From Verrucomicrobiota bacterium (GTDB lineage Bacteria > Verrucomicrobiota > Verrucomicrobiia > Limisphaerales > CANJXF01): DNA of 64,000 bases. Below are positions 19,546 through 28,615 of this stretch, piece after piece. Where the stretch lies: the NCBI GenBank assembly GCA_038214755.1, contig JBBQRQ010000002.1, positions 32,001 through 96,000 of the forward strand. The letters run 5' to 3'. The position numbers were made by a program, and so were the translations under genes. A model generated the notes under the pieces. The model was not told where the DNA came from. It did no database searches and saw only the letters and a list, made by a program, of their open reading frames with translations. Within the stretch, counting starts at the first letter, position 1. The number at the start of each line of letters is the position of its first letter.

Positions 19546-22002
19546 ATGCCAGCCATGAAACCTTTCCCCAATAAAGTTACGCTCCTGCTATTTACCTTTG
19601 TCCTGCTCCTGACGGGCGGCGCGGAAGCGGTGCGCGGGCAATCCGCCCTCGACGGTTTCGACCCGAACGCCAACGGCGAGGTCCGCGTCGTCGTCGTCCA
19701 ACCGGACGGCAAGATTCTTCTCGGCGGCGATTTTACCACCCTCTCACCAAACGGCGGGGCGGCGGTCACGCGCAACCGCATCGCGCGTTTCAACCCGGAC
19801 GGAACGCTCGACACGGCTTTTAACCCGAACGCGAGCAATAATGTCTATTCAATCGCGTTGCAGTCGGACGGCAAGATTCTGGTCGGCGGCTTATTCGGCG
19901 GCGCGAACAGCATCGGCGGGGCGACGCGCAATTATATCGCGCGACTCAATGCGACAACCGGATTGGCTGATTCGTTTAACCCGAACGCGAACAATTCTGT
20001 CAATTCAATCGTGGTGCAGTCGGACGGGAAGATTCTGGTCGGCGGCGCATTCGGCGGCGCAAACGGCATCGGCGGGGCGACGCGCAATCGTATCGCGCGA
20101 CTCAGTGCCACAACCGGATTGGCTGATTCGTTTGACCCGAACGCGAACAATGTTGTCAATTCAATCGCGGTGCAGTCGGACGGCAAGATTCTAGCGGGCG
20201 GCAATTTCTTCGGCGCAAACAGCATCGGTGGGGCGACGCGCAATCGTATCGCGCGACTCGATGCGGTGACCGGGTTGGCTGATTCGTTTGACCCGAACGC
20301 GAACAGCACTGTCAATTCAATCGCGTTGCAGTCGGACGGGAAGATTCTCGTTGGCGGCTTTTTCAACGGCGCAAACAGCATCGGCGGGGAAGCGCGCAAT
20401 CGTATCGCGCGACTCAGTGCGACAACCGGATTGGCTGATTCGTTTGACCCGAACGCGAACAATGCTGTCGAATCAATCACGGTGCAGTCGGACGGGAAGA
20501 TTCTCGTCGGCGGCTTTTTCATCGGCGCAAACAGCATCGGCGGGGCGACGCGCAATCGTATCGCGCGACTCGATGCGACAACCGGATTGGCAGATTCGTT
20601 TGACCCGAACGCGAACAGTGTTGTCTATTCAATCGCGGTGCAGTCGGACGGCAAGATTCTGGTCGGCGGCTTATTCGTCGGCGCAAACGGCATCGGCGGA
20701 GCAACGCGTAATTATATCGCCCGACTCGAACGCGACGGTACGCTCGACAAGACGCTCGATCCGAATACGGTCGGCACTTTTGTTACCGCCACCGCCGTTC
20801 AGCCGGACGGCAAAGTCATCATCGGCGGCGATTTTACAAGCGTTCTCGGACAACCGCGCAATCGCATCGCCCGTTTGAACGCCGACGGAACGCTCGACAC
20901 GGTTTTCAACCCGAACGCGAACAGTTCTGTCAATTCAATCGCGGTGCAGTCGGACGGCAAGATTCTGGTCGGGGGTACTTTCAGCGGCGCAAACAGCATC
21001 GGCGGAGCGACGCGCAATTATATCGCGCGACTCAGTGCGACAACCGGATTGGCTGATTCGTTTAACCCGAACGCGAACGACACTGTCTATTCAATCGCGG
21101 TGCAGTCGGACGGCAAGATTCTGGTCGGCGGCGTATTCGTCGGCGCAAACAGCATCGGCGGGGCGACGCGCAATCGTATCGCGCGAATAGATGCGGTGAC
21201 CGGGTTGGCTGATTCGTTTGACCCGAACGCGAACGGCGTTGTCATATCAATCGCGGTGCAGTCGGACGGCAAGATTTTAGTGGGCGGCTTATTCAACGGC
21301 GCAAACGGCATCGGCGGAGCAACGCGCAATCGTATCGCGCGAATAGATGCGACAACCGGATTGGCTGATTCGTTTGACCCGAACGCGAACGCCATTGTCT
21401 ATTCAATCGCGTTGCAGTCGGACGGCAAGATTCTGGCGGGCGGCGAATTCACCAACATCGGCGGACAGACGCGCAGCCTTTTCGCACGTTTGAGTAACGA
21501 CACCGCCGCGCTGCAAAACCTCGCCGTGACCCAAACCACCATTACCTGGACGCGCGGCGGCTCCAGCCCGAAATTCGCGCGGGTTACCTTTGAGTATTCA
21601 ACCGACAATGTGAACTACACTCCCTTGGGCAACGGCACGGCAGCCGGGAGCAACTGGACCCTGACAGGTTTGAGCCTCTCCACCGGACAGAACATCTACC
21701 TCCGCGCGCGCGGTTATTATCGCAGCGGCTACCTCAACGGCTCGGAGAGCATCACGGAATCGGTGCGGAATGCGTTTCTGAGCGCGACGCTACAGCCGCT
21801 CTTGAATATCCAACGCAGCGCGAACACGAATGTCGTGCTGTCGTGGGCGACGAACTTCACCGGCTTCACCCTGGAGTCCAACACCAACCTCAACACGAAT
21901 GTCTGGAGCGTCGTCTCGCCCGCGCCCACTGTCAGCGGCACGAACAACGTTGTGACGAATGCCATCGGCGGATCGACGCGCTTCTACCGCTTGCGCCAAT
22001 GA
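19546..22002 (+). CDS. secreted Delta-60 repeat (beta-propeller) protein with C-terminal 'RFYRL' tail
   Basis: signal peptide, about 12 'QSDGKILVGG' repeats of 52 aa, C-terminal 'VVLSW...FTLES...W......RFYRLRQ'. Confidence 0.88.
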   Translation: MPAMKPFPNKVTLLLFTFVLLLTGGAEAVRGQSALDGFDPNANGEVRVVVVQPDGKILLGGDFTTLSPNGGAAVTRNRIARFNPDGTLDTAFNPNASNNVYSIALQSDGKILVGGLFGGANSIGGATRNYIARLNATTGLADSFNPNANNSVNSIVVQSDGKILVGGAFGGANGIGGATRNRIARLSATTGLADSFDPNANNVVNSIAVQSDGKILAGGNFFGANSIGGATRNRIARLDAVTGLADSFDPNANSTVNSIALQSDGKILVGGFFNGANSIGGEARNRIARLSATTGLADSFDPNANNAVESITVQSDGKILVGGFFIGANSIGGATRNRIARLDATTGLADSFDPNANSVVYSIAVQSDGKILVGGLFVGANGIGGATRNYIARLERDGTLDKTLDPNTVGTFVTATAVQPDGKVIIGGDFTSVLGQPRNRIARLNADGTLDTVFNPNANSSVNSIAVQSDGKILVGGTFSGANSIGGATRNYIARLSATTGLADSFNPNANDTVYSIAVQSDGKILVGGVFVGANSIGGATRNRIARIDAVTGLADSFDPNANGVVISIAVQSDGKILVGGLFNGANGIGGATRNRIARIDATTGLADSFDPNANAIVYSIALQSDGKILAGGEFTNIGGQTRSLFARLSNDTAALQNLAVTQTTITWTRGGSSPKFARVTFEYSTDNVNYTPLGNGTAAGSNWTLTGLSLSTGQNIYLRARGYYRSGYLNGSESITESVRNAFLSATLQPLLNIQRSANTNVVLSWATNFTGFTLESNTNLNTNVWSVVSPAPTVSGTNNVVTNAIGGSTRFYRLRQ
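19822..21440 (+). repeat. 156-bp intragenic tandem repeats
   Basis: near-identical units starting about 19822, 19978, 20134, 20290, 20446, 20602 and 20908, 21064, 21220, 21376. Confidence 0.9.
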
Positions 22003-22108
22003 AAAGTAGGGCAGCGCGTCTCGCCTGCCCAGCTGAACGCGTCAGCGTGAGCGTAATGAAATTTTGTTTCCCACATGGGAAGGCAGGCTGGAAGCACTGC
22101 CCTACTTT
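22003..22108. repeat. GTAG-type REP doublet between convergent genes
   Basis: aaagtagggcagcgcgtctcgcctgcc ... ggcaggctggaagcactgccctacttt. Confidence 0.75.
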
Positions 22109-23147
22109 ACAAATGTTCCCCCGCCATCACGTCAGTTTCTTTTAATGCGAGTGCGAATGGTTCCAATGGCATTGGCTCATCGTGCTCTAAAAACTTTTTG
22201 CAGAGTTGGAAAAAATCGCGCTCCGTGGTCACGCGGCGAATCGCGTGGAGAAATTCTCCGGTTGGCTCGATTCCCATGCCGATGTAGTTCATGTATTTTT
22301 TCATTTTCTGGACGTGCGCGTTCTCGCTGATTTGCGGCGGACGAACCGTTTCAAATAAGTCGCGCAAATAATTTAGAACCTCAAAACCTTTCGGAACAAA
22401 CAGCGCTTCGCCCTTTTGCTGTTGCCGAATTTGTCGAAACAACCACGGATTGCGAATTGCCCCCCGCCCAATCATCAGACCGCGCGCGCCGGTGTTTTTT
22501 AAAACTTCATCCGCCTTTTTTGCGGAATAAATATTTCCATTCGCGAGCACCGGGAATGGCAGTTCTGCCACGGCGCGCGCGATAAAATCGTAATGCACTT
22601 CGCTGCGATACATTTCCTTCACCGTGCGTCCATGCACCGTCAGCAAATCAATTTTGTGTTTCGCAAAAATCGGGAGCAACTCGTCGAACACGTCGGATGA
22701 ATCAAATCCGAGCCGTGTCTTGACCGTGAACTTGATGGAAATCGCCTCGCGCAATGCGCCGAGAATTGAATCGACTTTTTGTGGTTCGCGCAACAAACCG
22801 CCGCCCGCGCATTTCCGATAAACCACTGGCGCGGGACAACCGAGATTCAAATCAATCGCCGCGATGGGATATTGCTGGAGTTCTTTCACCGTGCGAATGA
22901 GCGACGGAATATCATTGCCAATCATTTGTGCTACGACCGGTTTGCCCGTGGGATTTCTTGTGATCGATTCGAGAATCCATTTCTCAAGATTGGAAGTTGG
23001 ATGAACGCGAAAATATTCTGTGTAATAAACATCCGCGCCACCATAGCGCGTCATCAATTTCCAGAACGGCAAATCGGTCACGTCCTGCATCGGCGCGAGC
23101 GCGAGGATCGGCGCGGGATTTTTTAGAATGGAATCGAAATTATTCAT
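22107..23147 (-). CDS. dus: tRNA-dihydrouridine synthase family protein
   Basis: 'LAPMQDVTD', 'IDLNLGCP', 'TVKTRLG', 'TVHGRT', 'ANGNI', 'MIGRGA'. Confidence 0.93.
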   Translation of the reverse strand: MNNFDSILKNPAPILALAPMQDVTDLPFWKLMTRYGGADVYYTEYFRVHPTSNLEKWILESITRNPTGKPVVAQMIGNDIPSLIRTVKELQQYPIAAIDLNLGCPAPVVYRKCAGGGLLREPQKVDSILGALREAISIKFTVKTRLGFDSSDVFDELLPIFAKHKIDLLTVHGRTVKEMYRSEVHYDFIARAVAELPFPVLANGNIYSAKKADEVLKNTGARGLMIGRGAIRNPWLFRQIRQQQKGEALFVPKGFEVLNYLRDLFETVRPPQISENAHVQKMKKYMNYIGMGIEPTGEFLHAIRRVTTERDFFQLCKKFLEHDEPMPLEPFALALKETDVMAGEHL

Positions 23148-23276
23148 CGGGATTTCTTAAACTGGACTCTGGAAGAGTCCGCAACCTGCACGCAAGATGC
23201 GTGCGCTACGTTGGTAGCGCAGGCTTCCCAGCCTGCAGGTTGCGGGGGCTTCCAGCCGCCAGTGAAAAAAAGTTTC

Positions 23277-24140
23277 TCAGAATTGCGGATGACTTTGCAA
23301 CTTCTCCCACGTTTCCTCCGACAATGGCGCTTGCCGATAAATCGCTGTCCGCATTGGTTCAGCGCTAGTCGAATTTCGCACCCGCTCCAGCCATTTTTTT
23401 TCAAGTGGTTCTTCAATCAATTCCATTGTGTTCGCGGCAATCGTGGTTTCTTCTTTTTCGCCAGTGGCGTGACCGACACCGACAAAAAATCCGGCGAGCA
23501 GTAAAGTCACTCGCAACATGGTCGCGCGCGAATACGTCGGCATCGCGCACGGTTTTTGTGGATCGAGCAGACGAAATAAATTTGTGAAAAGCGGCAGTGT
23601 CCACATCGCCGGATTTTTCGCGGGAGAAAAAGCGTCGAACAAAATCGCGTGGGGCGCGGGGAAAGAGCGAGTGGGTAAGTGAGAAAGTGCGCGGGTGAGA
23701 AGCGAAGGAAAATTGGCGAGATGAAATTCCCAGATCACGAGTTGTTTTTCATTGCTGAAATTAATTCGTCCATGCTCGATCAATGCTCTCACCTTCGTCT
23801 CATAATCGGCAAGGTAGCCGAGGTCTTCCGCATGATTCATCGCAAATTCCAGAGGAGAAAGGGTGTAATCAAAACTCACAATCCGAACCGTCGATGGAAC
23901 ATTTTTTGTTTCGCGTAAAACGGTCAGCACATTCGCCGCCGCACCGAGGCCAACGTCCCAAATGACAAATTCGCCGATGTGTTTCGCGAGGCGTTCGCGT
24001 AATTGGAGTTGCCTGACGTAAAGCGCTTCAGCTTCGGCGACCGGGCCGATGACGGGATGAAACGTTTCCCGTTCAGCGAGCGAATGGATGCTGTAAGTTC
24101 CATTCGCCAGTTGCACGATCTTGTAGTCGCCAGATTGCAC
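23277..24140 (-). CDS. MnmC/MnmD-like SAM-dependent tRNA methyltransferase
   Basis: 'ETFHP..G...EA..LY', 'IWDVGLGAAAN', 'FDAFSPAKNPAMW', 'TYS'; likely GTG start at 24140. Confidence 0.8.
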   Translation of the reverse strand: MQSGDYKIVQLANGTYSIHSLAERETFHPVIGPVAEAEALYVRQLQLRERLAKHIGEFVIWDVGLGAAANVLTVLRETKNVPSTVRIVSFDYTLSPLEFAMNHAEDLGYLADYETKVRALIEHGRINFSNEKQLVIWEFHLANFPSLLTRALSHLPTRSFPAPHAILFDAFSPAKNPAMWTLPLFTNLFRLLDPQKPCAMPTYSRATMLRVTLLLAGFFVGVGHATGEKEETTIAANTMELIEEPLEKKWLERVRNSTSAEPMRTAIYRQAPLSEETWEKLQSHPQF

Positions 24141-24193
24141 CGCCAATTCTTGCCACAAAAAAAAGAAAAAAACACAGAGAGGAAAACGAAAGC

Positions 24194-24265
24194 CGGGTAG
24201 CATCGGCCTCCGGCGGGTGCGAAGTGACGATGATTTTTTCGCACCCGCCGGAGGCCGATGCTACT
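24194..24265. repeat. GTAG-type REP doublet
   Basis: gtagcatcggcctccggcgggtgcga ... tcgcacccgccggaggccgatgctac; same family at 14283-14312 (single arm) and 28479-28615. Confidence 0.85.
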
Positions 24266-24319
24266 CCACGCCTGGTTATTTTCTTTGTGCCTTTGTGCCT
24301 CAGTGGTAAAAACTCCGGG

Positions 24320-24799
24320 ATGGATCCGCTCTTAAAACTTTTGCATGACAACGCCGCGCTCAAACCGGCGCAACTCGCGTCGATGTTGAATCAGTCCGAA
24401 GCCGAAGTGGCCGCAAAAATAAAAACGTATGAAGCCGACCACGTCATTCTCGGCTACCGCACGGTTTTGAATGAAGAAAAAATTGGCGTGGACATCGTGC
24501 GCGCTGTGATCGAAGTGAAAATTACGCCCGAACGCGGTGGCGGTTTCGATCGGCTGGCAGAGCGCATCGCAAAATATTCCGAAGTTCGTTCCTGTTATTT
24601 GATGTCTGGCGGCTACGATTTACTCGTCATCGTTGAAGGCAATAACCTTCGCGAAGTGGCGGCGTTCGTCTCCGAAAAGCTGGCGACCATTCAAGGCGTC
24701 GTTTCGACGGCCACGCATTTCATGCTTAAGCCTTACAAAGAGCAGGGTGTCCTGATGCAGCGCGAAAAGAATGAGGAACGGCTGGCGATTTCGCCGTGA
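24320..24799 (+). CDS. Lrp/AsnC family transcriptional regulator
   Basis: N-terminal HTH, 'VILGY', RAM domain 'EVRSCYLMSGGYDLLV'. Confidence 0.9.
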   Translation: MDPLLKLLHDNAALKPAQLASMLNQSEAEVAAKIKTYEADHVILGYRTVLNEEKIGVDIVRAVIEVKITPERGGGFDRLAERIAKYSEVRSCYLMSGGYDLLVIVEGNNLREVAAFVSEKLATIQGVVSTATHFMLKPYKEQGVLMQREKNEERLAISP

Positions 24800-24889
24800 G
24801 GGGAGCGGGGCCAACTGCCGGTGGGTAAGAAATATCTCGTGTTGAGGAATATTCCGACCCGTCAAATTCACCAGCAAACTGGCGCGAAA

Positions 24890-26014
24890 TCAAATCAGCT
24901 TCTTGTACCTTTTATCTTCGGACATTTTTTTCACCAGCTCTTTGACTTTTTGCGCCTGACTTTTGTGCGCGAGCAAAACGGCGTCGTCGGTTTGCACCAG
25001 GATTGAATCGCGCAAACCGACCACCGCTATCGGCGTGCGATTTTTGGTGCGCGCGTCGAAAATAATATTTCGCGCAGCATCGACGTGGATAAAATCGCCC
25101 ACGGCGCAGTTGCCTTCCGCATCGGATTTCAAGTGGCGGGCGAGGGCGTTCCAGGAACCGAGGTCGTCCCACTCAAAACTGCCATCGGCGACGACGACGT
25201 TTTGCGCCTGCTCCATCAGCGCGAAGTCGATGGAGATTTTTTTTATTTCGGGATATTCCTTCGCCAAAACTTTTTCGAGTTTCGGTGTCCCCGCCGCTTT
25301 GAACCAACGTTGACACGCCTCCGCCATTTCAGGCTGATGTTTTTCCAGACCTTGCGTGATGGTGACGAACGACCAGATAAACATCCCGGCGTTCCAGCGA
25401 TAATTTCCGCTGTTCACATATTCGACGGCGCGGTCGTGATACGGTTTCTCGACGAACTGTTCCGCTTTGAAAAAAGTTGTCTTGTAAGGTTTGACTCCGC
25501 TCGGAGGCGGCAATGCGTTGCCCGTCCGAATGTAGCCGTAACCGGTCGCAGGTTCGGTCGGTTTGATTCCAAGCGTGACGATGACTCGTCCGCGACTGGC
25601 GAGATCAAAAGCATCGGCGAGAACCTGCTGAAATTTTTTCTCATCGGGAATGACGTGATCGGCGGGCAAGACGGCCATGACCGCATTCGTCGAACGTTGT
25701 CCAACCATCGCCGCGCCGAGCGTGACTGCGGCGCAAGTGTCGCGGCCAATCGGCTCACCAATGACATTTTCTTTTGGCAATTTGGGAATCTGTTTTCGCA
25801 CGGCATCCGCCTGCACCGTGTTGGTGATGATGAAAATATTTTTGAGCGGCACGAGCGGCAAAACACGTTCGACCGCCTGTTGTAAAAAAGATTTTCCGCC
25901 GAACAAGGTGATGAGTTGCTTCGGCATTTTCTCGCGGCTCACCGGCCAGAAACGTTCGCCTTTTCCACCGGCCATGATGATGACGAAACGATTTTTAGTG
26001 TCCTTTGAAGTCAT
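24890..26014 (-). CDS. manC: mannose-1-phosphate guanylyltransferase
   Basis: 'IMAGGKGERFWPVSR..PKQ', 'EPIGRDT', 'PADH', 'FVEKP', 'WNAGMF', 'WDDLGSW'. Confidence 0.93.
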   Translation of the reverse strand: MTSKDTKNRFVIIMAGGKGERFWPVSREKMPKQLITLFGGKSFLQQAVERVLPLVPLKNIFIITNTVQADAVRKQIPKLPKENVIGEPIGRDTCAAVTLGAAMVGQRSTNAVMAVLPADHVIPDEKKFQQVLADAFDLASRGRVIVTLGIKPTEPATGYGYIRTGNALPPPSGVKPYKTTFFKAEQFVEKPYHDRAVEYVNSGNYRWNAGMFIWSFVTITQGLEKHQPEMAEACQRWFKAAGTPKLEKVLAKEYPEIKKISIDFALMEQAQNVVVADGSFEWDDLGSWNALARHLKSDAEGNCAVGDFIHVDAARNIIFDARTKNRTPIAVVGLRDSILVQTDDAVLLAHKSQAQKVKELVKKMSEDKRYKKLI

Positions 26015-26259
26015 AAAGTTTTTTGCGTTGCAAAGTGGTCGGGGCTTTTAAACAACATCATAGCGAGACGAAATTAAAGGTTTTGTCGGGAAGCGCGTCT
26101 CAGCATTGCCCAACCTTACTACTGCGGGCCTTGGCACTTTGACTCTTACTTGCTCGCTCAGGAAATGAATCTAAGTGAACCGCTTGCGAGGTCAAAACAA
26201 AGATATCCGGACGGTGCGGAACTTGACCCCTCGAAGCAAGGCGGGCAAGGTAGCGAGGC

Positions 26260-26502
26260 TTGAGACGGCCCACGAAATTCCATGATACGGCTCACGCAGA
26301 AAAACGGAGAGGGGAGCGCGGGTTGTCAGTGGTGGGAATGCAGGAGGTTGTTTGCCAGGCCGACCGCTGGATCCAGCATCGGCGTGGCGAGCATGGCGGA
26401 TTTGTTTATGAATTTATTCAACGGCGCGGCGACATCACCGTGACCGTAATCGCCGAAATAAAAAAATTAGACTGTTGGCTCATTACCGGCTGGAGCGAGT
26501 GA
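26260..26502 (+). CDS. DUF4258-like putative RNase toxin
   Basis: 'FHDTAHAEKRRGERGLS....V' and terminal 'WLITGW'; upstream of a DUF2283-like gene. Confidence 0.55.
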   Translation: MRRPTKFHDTAHAEKRRGERGLSVVGMQEVVCQADRWIQHRRGEHGGFVYEFIQRRGDITVTVIAEIKKLDCWLITGWSE

Positions 26503-26503
26503 T

Positions 26504-26818
26504 ATGAAAACCCATCACACCGAAATCATCGTAGTGAAGTGCAAGACACCGCCAACGGTCGAGATAGATACCGAGGCCTCGGCTGCTTACGTGCGCTTCA
26601 AGCGCGCGAGGGTCGCCAGGACAGAGCGGCATCGTGTGAAATGGCCAATCGTTACGCTCGACTTCGACAGTCATGGTGAAGTTATCGGGATCGAGTTCGT
26701 CGGAGTCAAAAAATTTAATTTGGGCTGGCTGCTCAAACAAGTGCCGCTCAAAGCGTCGTCCCGCGCTATTGACAAGGCCAATTACGTTTCAGCGGAAGCG
26801 AATGGCGTCGCAGCTTGA
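26504..26818 (+). CDS. DUF2283-like putative antitoxin
   Basis: 'IDTEASAAYVRF...TLDFDSHGEVIGIEF'. Confidence 0.8.
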   Translation: MKTHHTEIIVVKCKTPPTVEIDTEASAAYVRFKRARVARTERHRVKWPIVTLDFDSHGEVIGIEFVGVKKFNLGWLLKQVPLKASSRAIDKANYVSAEANGVAA

Positions 26819-26838
26819 AGAAAGATTTAGATATTCCT

Positions 26839-27033
26839 TCACTTTGCTAGACTATTGACTCGAAAGGCTTCTGGATTTTCGCTTAGGCGGCCGTGTGGCG
26901 TTCCTAAAGTGTAAGCTTCGAAACAAGCTTCACAAAATTTCCGGATAGAATCCGCGGGGCGCGCAACCGAAACCGCTACTCGCTTAACGGCTTCGTTGTC
27001 GCAGAACTGGTTGTCGCAAAATGTTGTTTTCAT
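26839..27033 (-). CDS. small Cys-rich hypothetical protein
   Basis: 64 aa with CxxxxC...CxxC and GAAGG RBS-like sequence upstream. Confidence 0.5.
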   Translation of the reverse strand: MKTTFCDNQFCDNEAVKRVAVSVARPADSIRKFCEACFEAYTLGTPHGRLSENPEAFRVNSLAK

Positions 27034-27098
27034 TTTTTCCTTCTACGTAAATATCCCTTTCAGCAATTTTTCGAGCCGCGCTGGAGTCACCCTCGAAG

Positions 27099-27413
27099 TC
27101 AGGTAATTCGGATTTCATAAGAGACCAGCCAAATATCGAGTTGCCGGAATCGTTGTTTCAAAGTGGATTTGAAGTTCGCGAAGAATTCAGCGTTTTCCGG
27201 CGTGTCCTCCACGTCCACGAAGAAGCGGACATTTTCCTCTTCGTAACGCTTTGCTTCGTGATGCCAGATGCCGCGAAGGATTTCCGGTTGCCAGGTGATT
27301 GCCCCAAATCGTGCGACGATTTCTTCCGCCGTTTCCCAATATTTCGACGGCTCGATTGGAGCACCGTCGTTATACCGAGTGGGCAAGGTTATCTCGTAGC
27401 GCCTGAACGACAT
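27099..27413 (-). CDS. hypothetical protein (small alpha/beta fold)
   Basis: ATG at 27413 'MSFRRYEITLPTRYNDG...RFGAIT...G.W...LKQRFRQLDIW'. Confidence 0.7.
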   Translation of the reverse strand: MSFRRYEITLPTRYNDGAPIEPSKYWETAEEIVARFGAITWQPEILRGIWHHEAKRYEEENVRFFVDVEDTPENAEFFANFKSTLKQRFRQLDIWLVSYEIRIT

Positions 27414-27597
27414 CGTCCTGATGGAGTGTTTGCTGAAGTGTGTAGGACAAATCTTGAGAGTCCAGCCATTCGAGCGCCGCCGCAGGAACGATGAACACCT
27501 GGTCACGCAGGACTGTGACGCGGCCGCGCTGCATCATTCCCCGCAACGCGCGAGCACAGTCATCGGAGGATTCGATTCTGATTTTGGCAAACTTCAT
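27370..27597 (-). CDS. hypothetical small protein paired with the downstream ORF
   Basis: ATG at 27597, 75 aa, overlaps the next gene by 44 nt. Confidence 0.55.
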   Translation of the reverse strand: MKFAKIRIESSDDCARALRGMMQRGRVTVLRDQVFIVPAAALEWLDSQDLSYTLQQTLHQDDVVQALRDNLAHSV

Positions 27598-27637
27598 CGC
27601 GCGAATTAAAGTAGTTATGCCGAAGTAAGCGGTCAAA

Positions 27638-28435
27638 CTATGATTTAATCGCAAGCCCAAGCGACTTCACGAATTCACTGACGCGCTTCACAAGCTCCGG
27701 CGATTTTTCATGCTCCGCAATTTGATTCACGATTGCGCTGCCCACGACCACCGCATCGCCGTAGGTCGCAATCGTCTTCGCCTGCTCCGGCGTTGAAACA
27801 CCGAACCCGATGGCAATCGGCAGGTTCGTGTGCGCGCGGATCTTCGCTGTCATCGACGAAATGGTGTCGGAAATTTTTTGCTGCATTCCGGTGACACCTT
27901 CGCGCGAGACGTAATAAATAAATCCAGTGCCGCGTTTGACGATGAGTTCGATTCGATCATCGGGCGTCGTCGGAGCAACGAGATAAATTACGCAGAGGCG
28001 AGCATCGGCCATGAGCGTTTCGTAATTTTCAGATTCTTCGGGCGGCAAATCCAGAACCAGCAAACCATCCACACCCGATTGCGCGGCGTCTTGAATAAAT
28101 TTTTTCAATCCGTAGCGATGTATCAGATTGAAATAAATGTAGAGCACGATGGGAATTTGCGATTCACGACGAATGGTCGCGACCGTGTCCAAAACTTTCG
28201 CTGGCGTTGTGCCAGAGGCCAGTCCGCGTTGCGCTGCCAGTTGATTGACCAATCCATCGGCCAGCGGATCGCTGAAGGGAACGCCGAGTTCGAGAATATC
28301 CACGCCCGCTTTTTCGAAAGCCAAAGCAAGTTCCCGCGTCGATTTTAAATCCGGATCACCCGCGCCGATGTAAACGATGAAGCCTTTTTGCGAATTTTTT
28401 TTGAGTTGGGCGAAGCGTTCGCTGATGCGGTTCAT
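27638..28435 (-). CDS. trpA: tryptophan synthase alpha chain
   Basis: 'ELGVPFSDPLADG', 'DLPPEE', 'LVAPTT', 'VSREGVTG', 'GFGVS', 'VVVGSA'. Confidence 0.97.
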   Translation of the reverse strand: MNRISERFAQLKKNSQKGFIVYIGAGDPDLKSTRELALAFEKAGVDILELGVPFSDPLADGLVNQLAAQRGLASGTTPAKVLDTVATIRRESQIPIVLYIYFNLIHRYGLKKFIQDAAQSGVDGLLVLDLPPEESENYETLMADARLCVIYLVAPTTPDDRIELIVKRGTGFIYYVSREGVTGMQQKISDTISSMTAKIRAHTNLPIAIGFGVSTPEQAKTIATYGDAVVVGSAIVNQIAEHEKSPELVKRVSEFVKSLGLAIKS

Positions 28436-28478
28436 TGGCAAACGAGGATGCGGACAAATAATGTTGGAGTTCAAGCTC

Positions 28479-28615
28479 CGGGTAGCATCTGCCTCCGGCG
28501 GGTGCGAGGCATCTTCACTTCATCCGCCATGCATCCAAACTATCCACCAATCCAATCATCCAACCATTCAATCTCGGATTGTGAACTCGCACCCGCCGGA
28601 GGCAGATGCTACCCG
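28479..28615. repeat. GTAG-type REP doublet enclosing short (atcca) repeats
   Basis: cgggtagcatctgcctccggcgggtgcgag ... ctcgcacccgccggaggcagatgctacccg, perfect 30-bp arms. Confidence 0.85.

Noticed and set aside
19822..21440. Possible CRISPR array or DGR template/variable repeats
   Set aside because: Repeats are in-frame 156-bp coding units without unique spacers; no cas or reverse transcriptase gene; differences are not clearly adenine-specific
28436..28608. Expected pup/ubact gene downstream of dop
   Set aside because: The interval is filled by a REP; no small ORF ending in GGE/GGQ was found
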